Source: Zestosphaera tikiterensis
Lineage (GTDB): Archaea; Thermoproteota; Thermoprotei_A; Sulfolobales; NBVN01
Assembly: GCA_003056265.1 (NCBI GenBank)
Contig: NBVN01000006.1
Location: 48,678-80,677 of the forward strand
DNA length: 32,000 nucleotides
Direction of reading: 5' to 3'
The notes beneath the pieces are model-generated. The model saw only the letters and a list, made by a program, of their open reading frames with translations, had not been told where the DNA came from and ran no database searches. Positions 18,038-26,632 of this stretch are shown piece after piece. How positions within the stretch are numbered: the stretch's first letter is position 1; every line of letters begins with the position of its first letter. A program made the translations under genes and the position numbers.

Positions 18038-18414
18038 GCGTAAAACACCATCATAAGTAGTGAAGCTACGAGGAGGAAATCCACATATAGAGACATAACA
18101 GCTAAAGCGTCCTCCATAACTGCTTGAAGACCTGCTACATATCTTGTAAAGATTCCGTAGGCTCTTACTACAGCGCTTTCTGAGTGGCTAAAGCGTTTAT
18201 AAGCCTCGCTGGCTGAGCCTATGATTAGATTCACGAAGGAGTTCTCAAGGTCTGAAAAGGTCAGCGTAGGTCGTGGGAGTTTTTCAACCTTAGCTTCCTC
18301 ACTAGGTTTAAAAGCCTTAGTTAAAACAGATCTTAACTTAAGCAACGCATACATTAACTTCAGCATTAGGGAGTTTATAAAGCGAGGTTTTACTACGGCG
18401 GGTTCGCTACTCAT
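18019..18414 (-). CDS. hypothetical small protein with C-terminal TM helix, embedded in the hydrogenase operon
   Basis: The track ORF runs 18019-18435. The likely start is ATG 18414 (MSSEPAVV...), which forms a TAATG overlap with the upstream stop. No NuoB-type Cys motifs; the only hydrophobic segment is LYVDFLLVASLLMMVFYAWIL. Confidence 0.5.
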   Translation of the reverse strand: MSSEPAVVKPRFINSLMLKLMYALLKLRSVLTKAFKPSEEAKVEKLPRPTLTFSDLENSFVNLIIGSASEAYKRFSHSESAVVRAYGIFTRYVAGLQAVMEDALAVMSLYVDFLLVASLLMMVFYAWILPH

Positions 18415-19946
18415 TAAACACTCCCTCCTAACCATAGGGGTTTTGACAAGATGTTCTTAACGTATGTGTAGGCATACCACATAACGGCTAAAGCTAACGT
18501 ACTTAAAACAAGTAAAGACGCTGTTAACGTAGAGCCTAAAGCGTGAAGGCCTAACACAATCAGCGTTGGGAACGTAGCTACGACATTCATTAAAGACATC
18601 GTAAAATCGCTTGACTCCAGCTGGGGAACGCCCCTAACCTCACTTGGGGGTTTCACCTTAATCGCCCCCCAGTAAGTCAGCATGTATCTACTGCCGTAAG
18701 CAGCTGATAGAGCTAGCCCAACAGCTAAAACACTCACTAGTAAGACCCCTACAGGAGGTGAGTTAAGTATGGCTTCAGCGAAGCCTGTGAAGACCAAGAC
18801 CTTACTGACGAACCCTAAGGATGGCGGTATGCCTATGAGGGACATAGTGGAGATTAAAGCTGAGTAGGTGGGTTTAGGCGCTACCCTCCCTAAGTAACCG
18901 AGTTTAGGAAGTTCTCTAGTGTGTGTTAAAACCTCAACAACGCCTGAGTTCATGAATAAAGCTGCTTTAAATATACCATGCGCTAATGAGTAAAGTAAAG
19001 CACCCGTAAATAAGACGTCTAAGTTGAATAACCTATACGTGGTTAAAGCCAAGACTATGATGCCTGTGTTTTCTATGGTGCTATACGCTAACACCCTTTT
19101 TATGTCTGTCTGCGTTAATGCTTGTAAACCACTATATATTACAGTTATCGAGGATAGGAAGGTAAGCAGGTATAGCGTGTAGTCCGTTGAAGGTACTGAA
19201 GGTATAATCCTAAATATGCCATAGATGCCCATCTTAACCATAACACCTGATAAAACAGCTGAAGCCGGTGCTGGAGCTAGTGAGTGAGCGTCTGGAAGCC
19301 AGAAATGAAACGGAGCAACGGCTGCCTTACCTAAAAAACCAAGTAGTATAAGCGTGTAAAACGCTGGGTTAACGTCAGTTAAGATTTTGTTTAACCCATT
19401 CACGGGCGTTAAGAAGGCTTCACCTAAACTTAACTTGCCGGCAACCACGCCTAACATAGTTAATAAAGCAATGTCTGAAGGTATCATAGAGATTAAAAGA
19501 TATCTTAAACCAGCGACTAAAGTCCTTCTCTCAACTTCATAAACTATGTTGAAGAAGCCTATTATCTCCGCGAAAAGCCAAGCCATAATGAATATGGAGA
19601 GCTCGGTAGAGATGAAGACGAAGTATATGCTGAATACGAACGTATCTATCAATGAAGTAAGTCCTCCCCCACCGTATTTAACGCGTTCGTATGTCTGCGT
19701 GTAGACAGTTAGGAAGGCGCCAACCAACAGGCATAAAACCGCGAAGACCTTCGAAATTACGTCTAAGCCGCTATAGTAAAAAAGTGTGAACCCGATTAAG
19801 ATTGCGTATATAAAAACCTTCACATACGCTTTAAAACCGTTTTTTATGAGGGAATTAACTGTAATGACGGCTAAAAACGCTACGGTGGTTACCACGTATT
19901 GCTGAGGGATTAAACCTACCTGCGATGTTAGGTTTTTAATAATCAT
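18414..19946 (-). CDS. antiporter-like hydrogenase membrane subunit (HycC/NuoL/CooM-like)
   Basis: 510 aa, polytopic. FWLPDAHSLAPAPASAVLSGVMVKMGIYG matches the NuoL/M/N core motif. Confidence 0.85.
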   Translation of the reverse strand: MIIKNLTSQVGLIPQQYVVTTVAFLAVITVNSLIKNGFKAYVKVFIYAILIGFTLFYYSGLDVISKVFAVLCLLVGAFLTVYTQTYERVKYGGGGLTSLIDTFVFSIYFVFISTELSIFIMAWLFAEIIGFFNIVYEVERRTLVAGLRYLLISMIPSDIALLTMLGVVAGKLSLGEAFLTPVNGLNKILTDVNPAFYTLILLGFLGKAAVAPFHFWLPDAHSLAPAPASAVLSGVMVKMGIYGIFRIIPSVPSTDYTLYLLTFLSSITVIYSGLQALTQTDIKRVLAYSTIENTGIIVLALTTYRLFNLDVLFTGALLYSLAHGIFKAALFMNSGVVEVLTHTRELPKLGYLGRVAPKPTYSALISTMSLIGIPPSLGFVSKVLVFTGFAEAILNSPPVGVLLVSVLAVGLALSAAYGSRYMLTYWGAIKVKPPSEVRGVPQLESSDFTMSLMNVVATFPTLIVLGLHALGSTLTASLLVLSTLALAVMWYAYTYVKNILSKPLWLGGSV

Positions 19947-19954
19947 TTAAACAC

Positions 19955-20155
19955 CTATTTAACGTGGCCTGCGAAGAATATAGTATGTTTTAAAAAGTCT
20001 ATCTTCACTAACGTGTATTCCTCGCTTAGAACGAGTTTCTTACCTTCTATATTGTATAGAACGTATTTAGGTCCTTCTTTTTCGAGGAGGATTACGTCGT
20101 TCAATAAAGTTTCTTCGGTGTTGTTTTTAATTAATATTGCTTTAGATTCACACAT
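19955..20155 (-). CDS. cooT: CooT-like nickel-binding CODH maturation protein
   Basis: 66 aa with Cys at position 2 (MCESKAILI...). The size, beta-rich pattern and position next to cooC fit the CooT family. Confidence 0.6.
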   Translation of the reverse strand: MCESKAILIKNNTEETLLNDVILLEKEGPKYVLYNIEGKKLVLSEEYTLVKIDFLKHTIFFAGHVK

Positions 20156-20172
20156 TTAAATCCCCTTAATAT

Positions 20173-20979
20173 TTACTGTTTACCGTAGTTTTTATACTTT
20201 ATAATTTTCTTAGATAGCGCTGAAACGTCTTCATATATGATTGAGTTTTTAGGTATGCTGTCCAGCCCTAAACCCTTAACTTCAAGAGTCGGTATGTTGG
20301 GGTCGTACCTCACTATAAAATACGGTACTTCACCCTCTTTAAAAACTTCGTTGAAGACGTGAATGGCTTCCCTTACCTTAACCACTTTATTTAACACGAC
20401 TATGTTGTTAACGACGTTTAACTCCTTAGCTAAGTCCACTAACTTCTTAGCTATTTTAAGGGATTTCACCGTGGGTTCCGCCACGGTTAAGTTTAAATCG
20501 AAACGCTCAGCTAAGCCCCTACCGAAGACTTCAGCACCTGCTTCAGAATCTACTACGATTATCTCGTCTTTGCGTGTGAAGAGCCGAAGCAGTAAAGCCT
20601 TACCTAAAGCTATGGCGGGGCATAAACAACCTTCTTTACTAGCGTCTATACTTCCTAGCACTAGGAGCCTCAGCTTATCGTTTATCTTCACTGCGTACTT
20701 ATCGACTAGGTCGTCGACTTGAGGCGTTAGAGAGAAGAATATCCCCCACCCCTCCCCGGGCCTGGCTCCCGTGCGTTCCTCAATTAAAGACTCGTTCTTA
20801 GATATGGGTATTATCTCCTCATGTTTGGCTAAGCCTAGGCTTTGACCTATGTTGGGGACTGAGTCAGCGTCAACAACTAAAACTCGATATCCGTTGCTTG
20901 ATAGGGTTAAAGATAGGGCGGCCGCTATGGTTGTTTTACCAACGCCTCCCTTACCAGACACTAGTATCTTCATAATCAA
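20173..20979 (-). CDS. cooC: CooC nickel-insertion ATPase for CODH
   Basis: P-loop GKGGVGKTT and the CxC nickel motif (EGCLCPA). MinD/ParA-like, adjacent to cooS. Confidence 0.9.
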   Translation of the reverse strand: MIMKILVSGKGGVGKTTIAAALSLTLSSNGYRVLVVDADSVPNIGQSLGLAKHEEIIPISKNESLIEERTGARPGEGWGIFFSLTPQVDDLVDKYAVKINDKLRLLVLGSIDASKEGCLCPAIALGKALLLRLFTRKDEIIVVDSEAGAEVFGRGLAERFDLNLTVAEPTVKSLKIAKKLVDLAKELNVVNNIVVLNKVVKVREAIHVFNEVFKEGEVPYFIVRYDPNIPTLEVKGLGLDSIPKNSIIYEDVSALSKKIIKYKNYGKQ

Positions 20980-21060
20980 ACCGTGACGACTTCTTCAACT
21001 CTAATCTAATCTAATACTCTGTAGAAGTTGAGGTTTTAAATGTTTAAAAACGTGGTGGGG

Positions 21061-22974
21061 TTAGGTAGGCCAGCCGAGCTTCCTACGTTTCTCCATAATA
21101 ACGTTTAGTAAGGTCTCAGCAGCTTTCTCCGGGTCTGGTTCTACGTAGAACTTACCTCCTAGAAGACCTTCAACATCCTCTGTAAGGATTTTAGTTACTT
21201 TCTGACTACCTAATACTGGGGGTACGGTGCCTAAATGTACGAAGACTCCGGAAGCTATGAAGTACGTTCCTATACTTACGGCTTTCTCACTCATCCACTC
21301 AGGCGCTGAACCAACTACGGGTAGGTCAGGTATGTCAACACCTAATCTTTCGGAGATCGCTTTCAACACTATTAAAATCCTCGAGCAGTCTACGCAGCTA
21401 CCCATATGAAGACATGGCGGTATGCCTAAAGCCTCGCAAACCTTCCTTAGCCCGGGGCCTGTGTATTTAATCGCGTCTAACGTTAGGAGTCCGTGCATAG
21501 CCGCGGCTATAGCCCAACACCCAGTACCTACTACGAGGACGTCGTTCTCGATTAACTTCTTAGTTATGGTTATGTGGCTGTTGTTATGCTTTACTTTGGG
21601 GTTGTTACATCCTACGATTCCCGCTATGCCTTTGATTACGCCGTTACGTAATGCGTCGATTAGAGGGTCTAAACTGCCTCCTAACGCGTTTAAGATTGCT
21701 TCAACGCTGAATCCAGCAATCACCTCAGATTTATGCTTGGGTATGTAGACCCTCTCCTTAGGTCTTGAGGGGTAGTTCTCTATGGCTAGCTTAACTATCT
21801 TCTCAGCTATTTCGTCCGCATGGGTTGGTTCAAACTCTATGTGTATGGCTCCGGGGATCTTCATCTTAGGCTCTGTAGTTATTATTTTAGTGTGGTAACA
21901 TCTAGCTACATCAACTAAAGCAGGCCATACGCATTGGTAGTCAACTATCATAGCCTCTACAGCGCCGGTAATTATAACTAACTCCTGCATTAGGTAATTA
22001 CCTACAGGTTGAATACCTAAGCGCATGAGGGTTTCATTGCCTGTGCAGCACATACCTACTACGTTAACCCCCTCCGCACCGAATTTCTTAGCGTATTCAA
22101 GCATTTCCTTACTCATAGCTTTCTCAACGATTTTCATAGAGAGTACTGGGTTATGGCCGTGAACGACTAGATTTACTGCGTCCTCCCTCAGCACGCCTAA
22201 GTTAGCGTAGCTTTTGAGGGGTTTCGGCGTCCCGAAGAGTATGTCGCTAAGTAGTGTAGCCATCATCGAGCCGCTCCAGCCGTCTGCTAACGCTGTTCTA
22301 ACGCCGTGGGTTAGGAGGCTTAACGGGTCTGCGTCAACGCCCACGTGGGTTCTATGCATTGCTTCACATATCTCCCTATCTATGTTTCTAGGCATTACGC
22401 CTAACTTACTCCATAAGCTTAACCTCCTAGCCGGCGCTAGAGCCTTAACTAAGGCTAGAGGTTCTTCGTCCTGCTTGCCGAACTCCCTCTCGAGGATGTT
22501 AACTAGGTCGAGTAGTATTTCCTGGTCTGACCTGCCATCTACTTTAACGCCTAACGCTGTGGCTACGCTTTTTAATTTATCGCTATCCGTCACTTTATAA
22601 GCTTTCGTGAGGCCTTCGGCTGTAAACCTAGCTACTCTAACTATATCTCTCGCGTGGTCGCTGTGTGCTGCGGCGCCGGCGGCTATAGCCCTTAGTAAGT
22701 TCCTCGCTACTATAGTGTCTGCTGTAGCTCCGCATACACCTCTTGAGGGTCCGTAACCGTAGGGGTCTATCCTGCATGGACCCATGTTGCAGTTCCTGCA
22801 GCAAACCCCTAACAGCCCAAACCCGCATTGAGGTTGTTGCTCTAGATATCTCTGCCATACAGTCGAGATCTCCTCTTCCTCCGCTTTCTCTATTAACTCA
22901 GGCACTCCAGGAGTTATCGATATCTTCTTGGCTGGCGGGAGTCTAAACCTTAAGTATTTAGTTCGTTCATCCAT
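21061..22974 (-). CDS. cooS: anaerobic Ni,Fe carbon-monoxide dehydrogenase catalytic subunit
   Basis: 637 aa. The N-terminal CGFGLLGVCCRNCNMGPCRI (B/D-cluster Cys pattern), VVHGHNP and GMCCTGNE are typical of CooS. Confidence 0.95.
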   Translation of the reverse strand: MDERTKYLRFRLPPAKKISITPGVPELIEKAEEEEISTVWQRYLEQQPQCGFGLLGVCCRNCNMGPCRIDPYGYGPSRGVCGATADTIVARNLLRAIAAGAAAHSDHARDIVRVARFTAEGLTKAYKVTDSDKLKSVATALGVKVDGRSDQEILLDLVNILEREFGKQDEEPLALVKALAPARRLSLWSKLGVMPRNIDREICEAMHRTHVGVDADPLSLLTHGVRTALADGWSGSMMATLLSDILFGTPKPLKSYANLGVLREDAVNLVVHGHNPVLSMKIVEKAMSKEMLEYAKKFGAEGVNVVGMCCTGNETLMRLGIQPVGNYLMQELVIITGAVEAMIVDYQCVWPALVDVARCYHTKIITTEPKMKIPGAIHIEFEPTHADEIAEKIVKLAIENYPSRPKERVYIPKHKSEVIAGFSVEAILNALGGSLDPLIDALRNGVIKGIAGIVGCNNPKVKHNNSHITITKKLIENDVLVVGTGCWAIAAAMHGLLTLDAIKYTGPGLRKVCEALGIPPCLHMGSCVDCSRILIVLKAISERLGVDIPDLPVVGSAPEWMSEKAVSIGTYFIASGVFVHLGTVPPVLGSQKVTKILTEDVEGLLGGKFYVEPDPEKAAETLLNVIMEKRRKLGWPT

Positions 22975-22979
22975 TTAAA

Positions 22980-23597
22980 TCACCCCCAAGAAACTGATGA
23001 GTACATCTGCCGTAACTCAATAAGTTTAGACGGCGTTGTTTCCTCGGTGACTACCCTCACGTAGACCTTACCCGGCGTTGCTTTACCGCTGACTAACTCC
23101 TTAGCTTTAGATGCGCTTAACTCCCTTAGGAAGTCTTCAAGATATCCATATCTTAACGCGCCTGTAGGGCATGCTTCAACACATGCGGGCATTAAACCCT
23201 TCCTAACCCTATCCACGCAGAAATCACATTTAACTGCCTTCCCCACAGCTACGTCTATCTTAGGATGGCCGAAGGGACACGCTAAAGAACACATGCCACA
23301 CCCTATGCATTTAACAGCGTTAAGCAGTACGAAGCCTTCGGGACTTCTGTAAATTGCTTTAGTAGGGCATACGATCTCGCAAGGTGCTTCAGTACAGTGT
23401 TGACACCTCATGGGTATGCTGAATATAGTGTCAACAGGCACCACTCTAATCCTAGCTGAGGGTTTAGGGGTTTCTAAATGTGCGGTGAGTGTAGACTTAG
23501 TTATTGAGTGTTCTGTCGCGCAAGCTACTTCACATGCTTTGCAGGCTAAACAACGCGTAGGGTCTATAAATATGACGAGCTGTGAAATAGATCCCAC
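22980..23597 (-). CDS. cooF: CooF-type 4x[4Fe-4S] ferredoxin
   Basis: Four cluster motifs: CLACKACEVAC, CQHCTEAPCEIVCP, CIGCGMCSLACP and CDFC...CVEACP. GTG start, 5 nt upstream of cooS. Confidence 0.9.
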   Translation of the reverse strand: MGSISQLVIFIDPTRCLACKACEVACATEHSITKSTLTAHLETPKPSARIRVVPVDTIFSIPMRCQHCTEAPCEIVCPTKAIYRSPEGFVLLNAVKCIGCGMCSLACPFGHPKIDVAVGKAVKCDFCVDRVRKGLMPACVEACPTGALRYGYLEDFLRELSASKAKELVSGKATPGKVYVRVVTEETTPSKLIELRQMYSSVSWG

Positions 23598-23665
23598 CGA
23601 ATTTACTTACTCGTGCGTGAATTAAACGATTTCGAATTCTATGGTTGGAATATATACTTAGCTAA

Positions 23666-24781
23666 TTATTCGATTGATTGATCACGGCTTCCTAGCTGGC
23701 GTTCTTTAAAGTCTTTATAGAGCTCAACCAGCTTAAGCCCTTCTGAAGTTAATGTGGTTTTACCTCGGCTTACACCCCCTCTAGTTGAGTGTATTAATTT
23801 AGTCTTAATGCGTTTTTCAAGCTTACGTATTCTTTCAACGCATGTGGATGGGCTTATCTTAAGTTCTTTACATGCTTTACGTAAAGAGCCTAACCTATCA
23901 ACGAGATCTAACAGTTGTATGGTTTCCTCAGGTATTACGACGTCGTTTACCTTTAGGTTTAAACTTACTAAGGGCTTAACCTTCATACCGCTAGCTATTG
24001 TTAGAGGGCATGGCTTCCTTAAAATCTCTTTTAACTCGTTATTAGATGACGGGATTAAGTTCTTCGTTAGGTTGTCGTAAGGGCATTTACCCACTTTACC
24101 TGAGTGATCTACGTAGATTTTAAAGCATTCGGAGGCTTTAGGGTGGTTTAAAAACGTTATTTTATGTCCTTCAACGTAAGCTACGGAGGCTTTATACCCG
24201 TATAGGAATCCGTACGGGAGGCCTACGTCATAACCTTTCTCTAGGAGGGTGTTTTTAAATGGTGTTAGGTTCTGATCGCATGAGTATGGAGGTTCACCAA
24301 CTCTAACTTTCAACTCGTACTTCCTGCTTAAGTTGATTAAACGCTTAAGTAAGGCTTCGTTGATTCCAGCTGGGCTTAACGAAGCATATATAGCTAAGTT
24401 CTCAACGCCGAAGCTTACCATAGCGTTAACGCGCTTCTCTAGGTTTGTTAAGTTGCTGAGGTCGTTAACTACTATAGGTACTTCATCGAATTTACTTATT
24501 AAGTCTTTACTTAAGTTAGCGATCTTAACCTCAGGAACGAAGAAGTAAACCTTATCTGCGGTTGATTTCAACACATCAACAACTTCGGAGGCTTGGTTGG
24601 TAGTTGTTGGGCATAGAAGTACTGCTTCGTTAAAACGTACGTTACTTAACGACTCTAGGCATTTCATAATTAACTTTAAATCTCCTGAGTTGTTAACTAC
24701 ATCGTCCCCGAAGTTTAAGCTGCAGTTAACGCATTTATTCCCGCAGTAGTTGCTTAACCTAAGTAGAAGGGTTTTCCACAT
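23666..24781 (-). CDS. radical-SAM/SPASM-like domain fused to ModE/LysR-type HTH (putative regulator)
   Basis: 371 aa. The N-terminal LRLSNYCGNKCVNC gives CxxxCxxC. ECFKIYVDHSGKVGKCPY looks twitch/SPASM-like. The C-terminal LLDLVDRLGSLRKACKELKISPSTCVERIRKLEKRIKTKLIHSTRGGVSRGKTTLTSEGLKL is a ModE N-terminal HTH pattern. Confidence 0.6.
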   Translation of the reverse strand: MWKTLLLRLSNYCGNKCVNCSLNFGDDVVNNSGDLKLIMKCLESLSNVRFNEAVLLCPTTTNQASEVVDVLKSTADKVYFFVPEVKIANLSKDLISKFDEVPIVVNDLSNLTNLEKRVNAMVSFGVENLAIYASLSPAGINEALLKRLINLSRKYELKVRVGEPPYSCDQNLTPFKNTLLEKGYDVGLPYGFLYGYKASVAYVEGHKITFLNHPKASECFKIYVDHSGKVGKCPYDNLTKNLIPSSNNELKEILRKPCPLTIASGMKVKPLVSLNLKVNDVVIPEETIQLLDLVDRLGSLRKACKELKISPSTCVERIRKLEKRIKTKLIHSTRGGVSRGKTTLTSEGLKLVELYKDFKERQLGSRDQSIE

Positions 24782-24878
24782 GACTTACTTTACCGTAATT
24801 ACTTTCTTTAACGTTAGTTATAACTTTCACGTTATCTTCTTAAACTTTGTTTTTAATGTGTGGTTTACGTATTAATCG

Positions 24879-26093
24879 GTGGTTTTCACGGGTTGGGAGG
24901 AGCTTAGGGGGTTGTTCCCTGCTTTAAAGTATTTTAAAGCGTTTTTAAATACTGCGTCTGAGGGTTTAGCTCCCGTAGGTGTTTTGAAGGCTTTAACGTA
25001 CTTCGCTGATGTTTTATCCACTCATGATTTAAGGTTGAATGAAGTTCTCGAGTCTATGGTTGATGAGGCGCGTGGTGAGGTAGCTAAGCTTGTTGGGGGT
25101 GGTGTTGATGAGGTGGCTTTCACCGTTCAAACTACTGATGGTTTGAAGAGGGTTTTATCCTCTCTTAATGTTGGGAGGGGTGATGTGGTAGTTAGCGTTG
25201 ATTTGGAGTTTCCGACGGTGTCTTCCTTGATTAAATCCCTCTGTAGTGTTAGGGGTTGCGTGCCTAGGGTTGTTGAGGGTTTTGGGCGTTACGACGTTGG
25301 GTTTTTCGAGGAAGTCATTGACGATAGGACTAAGGCCGTGGTTGTTTCCTCTGTTAATTGGGTTTCTGGGTGGAGGTTGGATTTAAGGAGGTTGTCTAAG
25401 GTTGTTCACGACCGCGGGGCTTTACTCGTGGTTGACGGCGTGCAGCATGTTGGGGCTTTAAAACTTGACGTTAGGTATGAAGGGGTTGATGCTTTATGTG
25501 TTGGTGGGGAGAAATGGCTTTTAAACCCGTATTTAGGCTCTGGTTTTATGTATGTTAGGAGGGAGTTAATCGAGGATTTAGATGTTGGGGTTTACGGCAT
25601 CTTAAATAGGGAGCCCCCACCCAGCGGGTGGTCTTCCTACTGGCCCGACCCAAGTAAAGACCCTTGGTCCTTACCTGAAGTTTCTAAAACTGCGGTGAGG
25701 TTTGAGTGGGGTGGTGGTAGGCCATACCCTCAGGTACTGACGTTATATGAGGCCGTCAAGCTAATTAACTCGGTAGGTATTGAGAGCATTGAAGCCAGGG
25801 TTCTCGAGTTGAGGGGGTATTTAATTAAGAGGTTGGTTGAGGAAGGTTATGAAGTCCTACACCACGTCGAGGATAGGAGGGCGTGGTCCGGGATAACCTT
25901 AGTTAAGACTGGCTTACCTCAAGACAAGGAGTTAGAGTTGGTTAGAAGGCTTGTTAGGATGGGTGTAGTAGTTTCGTATAGAGGCGCGAGGAACTTCTCA
26001 GGCGTGAGGGTTTCAACACATTTCTACAACGACTTCAACGACGTTGAAGAATTCGTTAAAGCATTGAATGAAGAGAAGGTTAAGTTGAGTTAA
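24879..26093 (+). CDS. class V aminotransferase-fold PLP enzyme (cysteine desulfurase/selenocysteine lyase-like)
   Basis: 404 aa with a GTG start. LLVVDGVQHVG and CVGGEKWLLNPYLGSGFMYVRRE (PLP-Lys context) fit class V. Confidence 0.75.
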   Translation: MVFTGWEELRGLFPALKYFKAFLNTASEGLAPVGVLKALTYFADVLSTHDLRLNEVLESMVDEARGEVAKLVGGGVDEVAFTVQTTDGLKRVLSSLNVGRGDVVVSVDLEFPTVSSLIKSLCSVRGCVPRVVEGFGRYDVGFFEEVIDDRTKAVVVSSVNWVSGWRLDLRRLSKVVHDRGALLVVDGVQHVGALKLDVRYEGVDALCVGGEKWLLNPYLGSGFMYVRRELIEDLDVGVYGILNREPPPSGWSSYWPDPSKDPWSLPEVSKTAVRFEWGGGRPYPQVLTLYEAVKLINSVGIESIEARVLELRGYLIKRLVEEGYEVLHHVEDRRAWSGITLVKTGLPQDKELELVRRLVRMGVVVSYRGARNFSGVRVSTHFYNDFNDVEEFVKALNEEKVKLS

Positions 26094-26345
26094 GCTTAGA
26101 AACGCTTAAGCTTGGGCTATAACGTTATTCATGGTTGTTCTTAGTAGTTTCGGTTCTTTCATGGCTATCATGTATGCTGATGTTGCGTGTCTAGGGCTTA
26201 TAGGCTCAGCAACTTATAAACTCACTTGATGACTTCAGGTTTCTGAGATTCGTGAATAAACCGCAGTGAAAGGGCTCGAAGAGACCTTAATTAATCCGAG
26301 GGTGGCAAACGCAAACACAAACACCAAAATAATCAAAACCACTCC

Positions 26346-26369
26346 GAATCTATAAAATAGAATTGAAAG
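26346..26369 (+). repeat. 24-bp repeat, copy A (inverted partner at 31194-31217)
   Basis: gaatctataaaatagaattgaaag. Its exact reverse complement occurs at 31194-31217, and the flanking bases differ on both sides. Confidence 0.9.
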
Positions 26370-26632
26370 ACGCACCAAACGAATACATAACCATAGACAC
26401 AATACCTAAAATAGCACTATACACAGCAATACTACTTACAAAAACAGCAGAACAACAACCCATAAAAACAAACCAAAACGCATGAGTCTCAACACTGCCT
26501 CACAAACTCAATCCGTTTCTCCCTAGATTTTCATTCTGAAACATGAAGGCACAGTTCGTGTGAACGGTTAAGGTTTGAATAACAGCATAGATATAATACC
26601 GGGGGTTCTACGATAGGTTTGTTGCTATAATG

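Noticed and set aside
21001-21015. ctaat x3 microrepeat in the cooS-cooC spacer
   Set aside because: It is too short to interpret and shows no further periodicity.
20363-22946. Alternative-frame and antisense ORFs inside cooC and cooS (20363-20722, 21227-21409, 21422-21748, 22214-22600, 22637-22858, 22743-22946) and cooF/regulator (23410-23625, 23754-24080, 24333-24548)
   Set aside because: They overlap genes with unambiguous family motifs, so they are shadow ORFs.
26221-26345. Minus-strand frame left of repeat copy A (GVVLIILVFVFAFATLGLIKVSS...), considered as the missing C-terminal half of the truncated nitroreductase
   Set aside because: The spacing and motifs do not match the nitroreductase C-terminal half. 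The hydrophobic translation is explained by the G/T-rich minus strand.
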